Source: Planctomycetota bacterium (lineage in GTDB: Bacteria > Planctomycetota > GCA-002687715 > DRQF01). Taken from it: a stretch of DNA of 16,606 nt. A model generated the notes under the pieces. The model was given only the letters and a program-made list of their open reading frames with translations. It did not search any database and had not been told where the DNA came from. The stretch spans positions 1-16,606 of the forward strand of contig JAZGFI010000215.1 in assembly GCA_036479435.1 (NCBI GenBank). Reading direction: 5' to 3'. Made by a program: the position numbers and the translations under genes. How positions within the stretch are numbered: position 1 is the stretch's first letter; the number at the start of each line of letters is the position of its first letter. Shown here one piece after another: positions 7,713 to 15,382 of this stretch.

Positions 7713-8372
7713 TCACACAATGTAGGTCGCCACTTGCTTTTTTGGCAGCTTGAGCCCGCAGATCTTCACCAAAACAGCAAGGCCGGGCTTGTAGGTACCC
7801 GGTGAAAACAGGGGGCGAAAGATCAGAGCGCGGCTGCCGCCGGTCGCTTTCCGACTCAGGTGGGCGTCTCGCCCCGACAGCCTTTGACCCAAGCTCAACC
7901 CGGCGTCAAGCATGTTGAGGGTCAGCGTCGTGTCGATCTTCGCCAAGCGCTTTCGAATCTCGGCCTTAGATTTCGGGAAAACCGTGACGGGCCGCCTCTC
8001 CGCTAGAATCAACAATAACTTGCCGCGCTTTGTCTTGAGCTCGTGAAGAATCGCGCCGTCGATTGCAAAGAGCTTCGCAGAGACGACAACTCCCCGCTTG
8101 AACAATTGTACCGCGGCCCGTTTGCCGCTTTGGTGCCAGGACTCGAACTTCCCGTCGAGCTTCCCGTGAAAGTACTTAGCTCGCCGCATCAACTGCCCGG
8201 ACTCGTAGTAGTCGACATAAGCACCGTGATGCTGCCCCTTCGCGTCGATTCGATACTCGGCTTTCTTTTTCCCACTAGGGTATTGGGTTCGGACCGCCTC
8301 GCTCTGGGCTTGCGCGACTCCAAGAAAAGCCAGACTCAACAAAACGAGCGTTATTATCTCAAGCTGTCTCAT
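7713..8372 (-). CDS. Exported MORN-variant repeat (YwqK-like) protein, possibly internally deleted or degenerate
   Basis: Signal peptide MRQLEIITLVLLSLAFLGVAQA|Q; repeats YPSGKKKAEY, HGAYVDYYESGQL and LDGKFESWHQSGK. The C-terminal half is not recognisable as a complete domain. Confidence 0.65.
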   Translation of the reverse strand: MRQLEIITLVLLSLAFLGVAQAQSEAVRTQYPSGKKKAEYRIDAKGQHHGAYVDYYESGQLMRRAKYFHGKLDGKFESWHQSGKRAAVQLFKRGVVVSAKLFAIDGAILHELKTKRGKLLLILAERRPVTVFPKSKAEIRKRLAKIDTTLTLNMLDAGLSLGQRLSGRDAHLSRKATGGSRALIFRPLFSPGTYKPGLAVLVKICGLKLPKKQVATYIV

Positions 8373-8473
8373 CTCGTCATCAGCCCTTCCCGAGTCACCG
8401 TCCACCAAAATGTCATGAAGCGTTACGCCAGCGACAGTTCAATGATGAGGCCTCGGCGGCCCCATGTCCAACA

Positions 8474-9085
8474 TCAAATGCTAGCTGCGCCGCCATTATC
8501 CGGGCAACAGGAGCGACGTAACTCGGGATCGAGTTCGACAGCCTTTTTGAATTCGGCCGGAGTGTAGCGCTGGCTGATGTGCTGCGGGCAATTCCAGTCG
8601 AAGGCTTCGACGGTGAACTTGAAGATGCGCTCGATGTTGGCGCTGTAGTCAGAGTCAGCCATTTGCACCAGAAGATCAGGGTGCTCAGAGGCGCGAAGGA
8701 CCACGGCCTTTGCCCACACCTTGAGTCGTTCGCGTTTGGCGTAGTCCATCAAAAAAAGCACGCTCTTGCTGGTGGCATCGAAGTTGCCTGCGCTAATGAA
8801 CTGGCCATTGCCGCGGAAGTCGGCGAAGGCGAGAGTCTTATCGTCTAAGACCTTGAGGAATCCCGCTGGCCCGCCCCGAAATTGCATGTAAGGCCAGCCG
8901 TCTTCCCCCAGGGATGCGACATAGAAACCGTCGCGCCGAGCGACAAAGTCCTTCTCCTTTGGAGTAAGGACGTTTCGGGTCGGAGCCTTGGACTCGAAAT
9001 TCTTATAGGTAGCGCGAGTGCCGTAGTCTTCCTGCATCTTGCGTACGCTGTCTGTGAAAGCGAGTTCAGTGAAGTTTTCCGTCAT
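8474..9085 (-). CDS. Pyridoxamine 5'-phosphate oxidase-family FMN-binding protein
   Basis: TAAGGAG RBS before ATG 9085; motifs AFTDSVRKMQE.YG, GWPYMQFRGGPAGFLKVLD, DFRGNGQFISAGN, LFLMDY...RLKVW and AFDWNCPQHI. Confidence 0.9.
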   Translation of the reverse strand: MTENFTELAFTDSVRKMQEDYGTRATYKNFESKAPTRNVLTPKEKDFVARRDGFYVASLGEDGWPYMQFRGGPAGFLKVLDDKTLAFADFRGNGQFISAGNFDATSKSVLFLMDYAKRERLKVWAKAVVLRASEHPDLLVQMADSDYSANIERIFKFTVEAFDWNCPQHISQRYTPAEFKKAVELDPELRRSCCPDNGGAASI

Positions 9086-9174
9086 CGTCTTGCTCCTTAC
9101 CCTGCCATCAACCCACCTTGCAGGCGGAAAATGATGATCACATCCGAACAACCAGCAGCGTACACCTATTCGGA

Positions 9175-9220
9175 AAAACAAAAATGCGCCCCGCTCTCAC
9201 TGAGCGGGGCGCATCGTTTT
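9175..9220. terminator. Intrinsic terminator (probably bidirectional) downstream of the FG-GAP gene
   Basis: Perfect 13-bp stem ATGCGCCCCGCTC-TCACT-GAGCGGGGCGCAT (9184-9214), flanked by A-tracts on the left and TTTT on the right. Confidence 0.88.
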
Positions 9221-9285
9221 CGTCTAACAAATCACCACTTTGATTCGCCGGCCGCGGCCGACAGCCAGAGTTGGCATCCTCCTTC

Positions 9286-11022
9286 TTATCGCATCGTTAC
9301 GATGATCGCGTTAGTCGGCTTCAAAACGCCGGGCGCGGTTTCGACGACCGCCTGCAGCGTGAAGGTCGCTTCAATGTTCAAAGCCGGCACCAAGTAGCTC
9401 CAGGGAGCTGCGAATGCGGGCAGAACTTCGCCGCCCGGCATCGGGCCGAGGCTGCTGGCCAGAGTGAACAGCAGTCCATCGAAGGGATGAAGCGCCGCGG
9501 GCCGGATCGCGAAGTCGCCGATCTGCGAAGGCAAGTTCACGACATGGCTTTCGGCCGGGGCGCCTAGACGACCGAAAACGAGGAAGCCAGCGGGCGATGA
9601 GTTAACCGAAGGCTGTTGCATTTCAAAAAACAGGGGTTCCGTCTTGTCTACACTAATGTGCCGCGCCCCACGGCCTTCGGAACCATTGACGAAGAGGATG
9701 TCCTCGGCTTGATTGCCGGCATCCGCCACGACACCTTGTCCTGCCGGGCCAATCCAAGGGCCACCGGAAATCACGAGAACCTGACCCGGGTTTTGTCCGG
9801 ACGGATCGGTGCTTCCCAACAGATCCACCACACCGTCGCCATCGACATCACCGGCGACAGCCATTTGAGTCATGTCGTTGGTGATGGGGTCGGTGTCAAA
9901 CCCGACGTCACCGGTATCACCCGAGAACACGGTTACATCGTCGTCATGGCCCGCGTCGTTTCGAGACGACACGATGACGTCAGCCATGCTGTCCTGATTG
10001 ACGTCTACCAACAACACGACCGCTCCGATGCCATCGCAAGGGTCGCCGACGAGAGTCCGAACGACTTGCCCGCTTGCGCCCGAGAACACAAAGACTTCGC
10101 CGGATCGAAATCCGCCAAGATTGCCACCCCGTTTGCCCAGGGCAACATCAAGCACTCCGTCGCCATCGACATCTGCTCCGCCGGCTACTTCGGTCTCGGC
10201 GTAGCCAAGTCCAAATGCGGGTGAGGGATTCGTCGTACCTGCCGTGAGCGTCGCTAAGAAAGACCCGTCAAATCCCGAGACGATGCGTGCTGATCCACCG
10301 GTCAAGTTGCTGCCGACGACGATGTCGGGCCGCATATCACCGTCCCAATCTCCGGCTGTTGCCATCGACTGCCCGAACCTCTCGAGCGAACTGTTGCCGT
10401 GAACGGTGTGAATGACGGCGCCATTAGCACCTGAGAAAAAGCGCAAGAAACCGTTCTCGAAGAGCCCGTTGGTCGAAGCCCACGGTGCTCCCACTACAGC
10501 ATCCGCGATGCCGTCCAAGTCGATGTCACCGCAGTTAATAGCCTCGAAACCGAAACTGTGCTCGGCCGCCAAGTTGCTGAGCGTAGACAAGGTGGCACCA
10601 TTGGCTCCTGAGACAATCCTCGCCACACCGGGTCCGATGGGGACAAAGCCAATGAGGCCGGCCAGCGCCTCACCGACTTGTGCGACCAATAAGTCGTCTT
10701 TGCCATCGCCGTCCACGTCGCCGAGTTCGGCCATCGCATAGCCCGGGAGGTTGCCAAAGGACTGACCAAGGGCGTCCATCGTCAAGCTTCGGATAAGCGT
10801 GCCGTCGAAACCCGATCGGATTTCGATCGTGCCGACAATATCATCGGCGAGAGCGAGATCTGGTACACCATCAGAGTTGACATCGCCTGCACAAGCGATC
10901 GATGATGCGTAGGTCGGAGAACCTTGGATCTCCAGTAAAGTCGATTGGGCATTGACGTTGCTCAGTAGGGCCAAAGTGCCCAACAAGGCCGCGAGTCGGC
11001 CGATTCTTAGTCGTTCAAACAT
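9286..11022 (-). CDS. Secreted FG-GAP/integrin-alpha-type seven-bladed beta-propeller protein with a ~150-aa C-terminal domain
   Basis: GAGGA RBS; signal peptide ending NVNA|Q; seven Ca-binding D.D.DG..D repeats (GDVNSDGVPD, GDVDGDGKDD, GDIDLDGIAD, GDWDGDMRPD, ADVDGDGVLD, VDVNQDSMAD, GDVDGDGVVD); ends TNAIIVTMR. Confidence 0.88.
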   Translation of the reverse strand: MFERLRIGRLAALLGTLALLSNVNAQSTLLEIQGSPTYASSIACAGDVNSDGVPDLALADDIVGTIEIRSGFDGTLIRSLTMDALGQSFGNLPGYAMAELGDVDGDGKDDLLVAQVGEALAGLIGFVPIGPGVARIVSGANGATLSTLSNLAAEHSFGFEAINCGDIDLDGIADAVVGAPWASTNGLFENGFLRFFSGANGAVIHTVHGNSSLERFGQSMATAGDWDGDMRPDIVVGSNLTGGSARIVSGFDGSFLATLTAGTTNPSPAFGLGYAETEVAGGADVDGDGVLDVALGKRGGNLGGFRSGEVFVFSGASGQVVRTLVGDPCDGIGAVVLLVDVNQDSMADVIVSSRNDAGHDDDVTVFSGDTGDVGFDTDPITNDMTQMAVAGDVDGDGVVDLLGSTDPSGQNPGQVLVISGGPWIGPAGQGVVADAGNQAEDILFVNGSEGRGARHISVDKTEPLFFEMQQPSVNSSPAGFLVFGRLGAPAESHVVNLPSQIGDFAIRPAALHPFDGLLFTLASSLGPMPGGEVLPAFAAPWSYLVPALNIEATFTLQAVVETAPGVLKPTNAIIVTMR

Positions 11023-11113
11023 CTCATTCCTCGGTTCAAATTAGAGATCCTGGCCACCCCACACCTTTGAAGGGCAAGACCAGCGACCTCATTGGCGTCG
11101 CGATCTCACTCTT

Positions 11114-11142
11114 TACTCGTCGCCATTGGACCTGGTGTTCCC
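11114..11142 (-). promoter_or_regulatory. ECF-type promoter motif upstream of the FG-GAP gene
   Basis: GGGAAC-accaggtccaat-GGCGACGA-gta. The boxes and 12-nt spacer are identical to the motif at 14159-14184. Confidence 0.7.
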
Positions 11143-11158
11143 GCATTCGCCTTTTCTG

Positions 11159-14119
11159 TCAAAAGTCTCGAATCTCGCGATCAGAGACGATCAAGTATTC
11201 GCGTTGGCGGACAACCACCTCATCGACAACAAGCTCGACTCGATAACGTCCGGGAATCAGGTCGCGCGGCTCGCTAGTTCCTGCGTGCAAGGGAGCGTCG
11301 ACCATCATGCGATCGCGTACTCCGTTCATTGCGGCATCGTCATTCCCGTCGAGCGCGATAGCCAAGGGAACGAATCGGATCAGGGCTCGCTCAACGGAGG
11401 CACCTAAGATCACCGTGACGCGTAGTCCGCGTTCAAATGCCAGACTAAGGCCCAGTTGTTCTTGGCTAGGGTCGATCTCTCGCGCCAAGGGTAGACAGCC
11501 ACTCCGGTAAAACACCAGGCGCTGAGGCTCGCAGTTTAGAACGACGGGACGCATGCTGCCTTCAACAAAGGCTCCTCGATGGGTGCCTGTCGCCGACGCT
11601 GACTTCATGATAATCGCTAAGAAACTAGACCTCGGATCAAAGTCTAAGCCCGCTTCGCGAACGATCCGAAACCGCAACGCACGCGACCGACAGACTCTCA
11701 CTTTCAGCGTCTTACCGTCAGCTCGAAATGATCGGGGTTGTTGCAAACTGAGCCTGCGCCCGGGTGCGTAGACCCTCAGCTGGTATTCGACGCCGTGCAT
11801 CAAGGGAGCTTTCGCCAGGCCTTCGTCGTTAGAAGTCGATCGAACGATCTCAGACCCCTTCACTTGATAAAGAGCGATCCGTACATCGCGTATGGGTTCG
11901 CCCGTTTCTGTCTCAAGATCGAAGGACTGCTCGACGCGTACTGGAGACTCCGATCGCAACAACGCGACGGTTGTTAGACCCTCTTTTTGAATTTCAAGAT
12001 CTGTCGCTTTGTAACCAGCGGCTTCTACATGCACCCCCCACTGACCTTGAATTCGCGGAGTATCGAGTTTCCCGCGCTCATCGACCGCTCTCGGCTTGCC
12101 GCTGAGAAGCACCGAGCCCTTCTTCGTCCAGCTTCCTAACCAAATATACGCTCCCTTTACCGGCTCATTCGTCTGGGAGTCAACCACGGCGAGTTGGCGC
12201 ACTCTGCCGCTGACCCAAGGAACCACGAGATCAGACTCTTCGTTGCCCTTAGGAGTCCATTGCAGGTAACCGTGACGAGCATGCACCGCGATAAACGAAC
12301 GCGGACCGGGCGGCACACCGACGACCATGCTCGCGTGATCCGAAAAGACCTTGGCGTTGATCAAGGTTGCCAGAGCATCTCCGCGGGCAGGTAGATTGAA
12401 CTGCCCCTTCGCATCCGTTTCTGCCCATCGCAGAACTTTCCCCTCGCCCTGCAATACTAAGACCGCCGCGGCAATCTCTGCCCCCTCACCGTCAACGAGC
12501 CGGCCTGCCGCTCCGGAGCGGGGCCAGAACTCAATCCTCACCTCCTTAACTCCTTTGCCCTGGAGGAAGGTCAGAAAACCGTTCATTCGATCCAAGACAA
12601 AGCGCTCGCCAGTCATCAGCTGTATCTCAAGTCGATCGTCAAAGGCGGTTTCGGCCCGCGCCATGAGGGGGAAATCTGAAGTCCCATCGCGCTTGACGAC
12701 AAGATCAAAGAGCCGTTCTCTTGAATCTCGATTCCAGGTCCTCAACTGAAGCCGCGCTCCGGTCAGACTCCGGCCGGAACTGGCATCTCTCAAACTGAGG
12801 ATCATTGTTCCTCTCGATCGTGGAGAATCGATCTGAAACAACGACTCGTAGGCGAGTTCTTCCCACTGCAAACCGTTGTTTTTGAGTGTCAACCGTAGAC
12901 CCGGCATTAAGGGTCCCGCAACCCGCCAGTGTCCGGGTCGCATGAGCTCGGCATTCAAAGGATTCCGACCAAGCGAAGTCAGGGCTTCAACGCGCAGGAG
13001 TTCAGCTCGAATCACGTCAAGCTGCGACGTGACTTGAATGTCGAGTCGAGGCAAAAGGTCTAGGGTCTTATCGAGTTCTCGATCCGTGTCGACGAAAAGC
13101 ATCTTCCCCCCGGCCACCCCTTTCACTTCAACCCAGGCGCGGTATCGACCGCCCTTCGCGACCACTACTTCGAATGTCGATCCGGCTTCAAGGGCAACAA
13201 CTTGACCGGGCTCAGTGATCGGCTCATCAAGATGGTCACCGGTAACCAAGCTTGCGAACTCATTGGCCGCCCCGGTCAAAAAGGGCCAGATGATCAGGCT
13301 TAGCGGAGCCGCCTGGGACTTCCCTTCCAGCCTCACCGATATCCGGCCGCGAAGAGTATGACGGGCTGCCTGATTCACAGCGGGCCCATTTTTGCCCTCA
13401 GTCTCAGCCATTGGACTTGACCCGTACCCGGGTGCGGGTTCGCGCCTCGCCGCCACCGGAACCGATTCGATCTCGGAACTCAGCCAGGACTCGGAAGAAC
13501 TCGACGGCTCAGGACGCAAAGAAAACATCAGGGCCCCAACCCCGACGATTGCGACAAGACCGGCCGCAATAGTCGCGACCCGCCGCAGCAGTGCACGCCG
13601 GAGCAAGCCCGGAAACAGCAGCGCAAGGACGGCATGGCGACGTTCGGGAGTCTTCACTCCCATTTCTTCTCGAATCTGCTTCAAGCCACGATGAATGCGC
13701 GTGCGCACCGTCGCGGCGGGGATACCCAGGTGCTCTGCGATCTCTGCTGGGGAAAGATCAGCGAAGTAACGCAGGGCGATACACTGTCGGAACAACTCCG
13801 GGAGCTTGAAGATCGCGTCAACCACGCCTAATCGCAGCCCGGTATTCTCGCTCTCAGTTAGAGTCTCTTTGCGCTGGCGGGCCACCTCCTCCTCGCGCCG
13901 ACGTCTCGCGGCCTCCGACCGAAACCGGCTGACCGACAGATTCCGCACCAGACTCCGTAGCCACGGCAATTCTCGCCCGCGCAGAGACTTCGGCGCCTGA
14001 AGCACGGCAAGCCACACATCTTGCAGCACATCCTCGGCGTCGCTTGCGTTCTGTGTCCGCCTCAGCGCGGCGCTGCGAAGAATCTCATCATTTTTCAGCA
14101 GATCTTCGAACGCGGACAT
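11159..14119 (-). CDS. ECF sigma-70 factor fused to a transmembrane helix and a large extracytoplasmic region (carboxypeptidase-regulatory-like beta-sandwich repeats)
   Basis: Region 2: DAEDVLQDVWL...WLRSLVRN. Region 4: LPELFRQCIALRYFADLSPAEIAEHLGIPAATVRTRIHRG. TM: VATIAAGLVAIVGVGALMFSL (~13517-13579). Later repeats include GRLVDGEGAEIAAA..L...AETDAKGQF and VVDSQTNEPVKGA. GGAG RBS. Confidence 0.88.
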   Translation of the reverse strand: MSAFEDLLKNDEILRSAALRRTQNASDAEDVLQDVWLAVLQAPKSLRGRELPWLRSLVRNLSVSRFRSEAARRRREEEVARQRKETLTESENTGLRLGVVDAIFKLPELFRQCIALRYFADLSPAEIAEHLGIPAATVRTRIHRGLKQIREEMGVKTPERRHAVLALLFPGLLRRALLRRVATIAAGLVAIVGVGALMFSLRPEPSSSSESWLSSEIESVPVAARREPAPGYGSSPMAETEGKNGPAVNQAARHTLRGRISVRLEGKSQAAPLSLIIWPFLTGAANEFASLVTGDHLDEPITEPGQVVALEAGSTFEVVVAKGGRYRAWVEVKGVAGGKMLFVDTDRELDKTLDLLPRLDIQVTSQLDVIRAELLRVEALTSLGRNPLNAELMRPGHWRVAGPLMPGLRLTLKNNGLQWEELAYESLFQIDSPRSRGTMILSLRDASSGRSLTGARLQLRTWNRDSRERLFDLVVKRDGTSDFPLMARAETAFDDRLEIQLMTGERFVLDRMNGFLTFLQGKGVKEVRIEFWPRSGAAGRLVDGEGAEIAAAVLVLQGEGKVLRWAETDAKGQFNLPARGDALATLINAKVFSDHASMVVGVPPGPRSFIAVHARHGYLQWTPKGNEESDLVVPWVSGRVRQLAVVDSQTNEPVKGAYIWLGSWTKKGSVLLSGKPRAVDERGKLDTPRIQGQWGVHVEAAGYKATDLEIQKEGLTTVALLRSESPVRVEQSFDLETETGEPIRDVRIALYQVKGSEIVRSTSNDEGLAKAPLMHGVEYQLRVYAPGRRLSLQQPRSFRADGKTLKVRVCRSRALRFRIVREAGLDFDPRSSFLAIIMKSASATGTHRGAFVEGSMRPVVLNCEPQRLVFYRSGCLPLAREIDPSQEQLGLSLAFERGLRVTVILGASVERALIRFVPLAIALDGNDDAAMNGVRDRMMVDAPLHAGTSEPRDLIPGRYRVELVVDEVVVRQREYLIVSDREIRDF

Positions 14120-14158
14120 TTTAGTTATCTCCCAGGGCGGACACGATCATGAAGAATG

Positions 14159-14184
14159 TCGTCGCCGATTGCCCAAGCGTTCCC
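14159..14184 (-). promoter_or_regulatory. ECF-type (probably autoregulatory) promoter motif upstream of the ECF sigma gene
   Basis: GGGAAC-gcttgggcaatc-GGCGACGA, 40 nt upstream of ATG 14119 and preceded by a T-tract. Confidence 0.7.
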
Positions 14185-14238
14185 AAAAAATGACTACGAT
14201 CTTTCAGAACCTCAACCAACATAGAATGAACGCACCGC

Positions 14239-15366
14239 ATGATGAACTGCCGCCAACTCAAGAGGAGACTGTTCGCGAGCATTGGCCTCCGGCTAAGTTG
14301 CGGAGGATTGCTGTTGCTGCTAGCCGCTTGTGCATCTTCTGGTTTGCCGCACGAGGAAGTTGCAAGCAGCGCGCCGAGCAAGCCGGCTGCTGATCCGGTG
14401 GCGGTCTTTGATGCCCTTTGGAATACCTTCCATGAAAAATACGCATTCTTCGCGCTGCGCGGCCTCGACTGGCAACGGCAAGGCCGCTCATTTCGAGCAC
14501 GCGTGACGACCGACACATCCCCTGACGAACTCTACAACCTGCTCTGCGAGATGCTTCAGCCCTTAGGTGACGGGCATGTCACGCTGGACCGGGGCGACGA
14601 TGACGAGTTTTCCGCCGACTTTCCCACTCCGTTCTACGAGGAGTTCGACGATGACGCCGATATTGAGCGGCTCTTTGAGATCAGCGCCCTGACTCTGTCG
14701 CGGGCAGGATTCGCAGCACTTACTGAGCAGGCTGAAGTTCTTGAGTACTCAAGATCACCGAAGCTCGGCTACCTTCGCATCAAAGAGTTCGAAGGAGTCC
14801 CCGTCGCCCGCATAGCTGAGGCTCTCGATCAGATCCTCTTCGAGTTTCGAGGGGTCCGTGGCCTCATCATCGATGTTAGGAACAACCCGGGCGGCGAAGA
14901 CTCCGTGGCTTACGCGATCGCAAATCGCTTTGTACCCGCGAAAAGAGTCGGACACATCAAGATCAGCAAGATCGGTGCAGGTCCGGATGATTTCGGGCCC
15001 TCGGAAACTTGGTTCTTGGAACCAAAAGGATCCAAGCCCTTTCTCGCCCCCATTGCCCTCTTGGTCAACGACAGTGCTTGCAGCGCCGCCGAAGTCTTTG
15101 CTCTCGCCATGGGTCATTTGCCTCAGGTCACGATCGTCGGCAACCGCACCAACGGGATCTTCTCGGACATGTTCGACGCCGAACTCCCAAACGGCTGGGA
15201 GCTTACGCTTTCGGATCAAAAGTACTTCTCCGCCAAAGGAGTGTGCTACGAACGCTACGGTGTGCCGGTGGATCACAAAGTCCTCAACACCAAAGCGGAT
15301 CTTCGTTCCAAAACAGACAGCGTCATCACCGTTGCGCTCGATCTGCTGGCAAAGACAGTACCCTAA
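14239..15366 (+). CDS. S41-family (tail-specific/tricorn-like) peptidase, predicted lipoprotein
   Basis: Lipobox LLLLLAA|C; tricorn C1-like FDALWNTFHEKYAFF...W...L.DGHV; GYLRI; LIIDVRNNPGG; catalytic SACSAAEVFALAM; G..TNG. The exact start (14239 or 14242) is uncertain. Confidence 0.9.
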   Translation: MMNCRQLKRRLFASIGLRLSCGGLLLLLAACASSGLPHEEVASSAPSKPAADPVAVFDALWNTFHEKYAFFALRGLDWQRQGRSFRARVTTDTSPDELYNLLCEMLQPLGDGHVTLDRGDDDEFSADFPTPFYEEFDDDADIERLFEISALTLSRAGFAALTEQAEVLEYSRSPKLGYLRIKEFEGVPVARIAEALDQILFEFRGVRGLIIDVRNNPGGEDSVAYAIANRFVPAKRVGHIKISKIGAGPDDFGPSETWFLEPKGSKPFLAPIALLVNDSACSAAEVFALAMGHLPQVTIVGNRTNGIFSDMFDAELPNGWELTLSDQKYFSAKGVCYERYGVPVDHKVLNTKADLRSKTDSVITVALDLLAKTVP

Positions 15367-15382
15367 GATCCACTTGGGATGG

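Noticed and set aside
7713..8372. Toxin-antitoxin system implied by the YwqK-like repeats
   Set aside because: The repeats are generic MORN variants on a signal-peptide protein, and no adjacent toxin gene is present.
8037..12949. Avoidance of the SacI site GAGCTC as evidence of an active R-M system
   Set aside because: At least two sites are present (8037-8042, 12944-12949), the window is too short for statistics, and the homologue's specificity is unknown.
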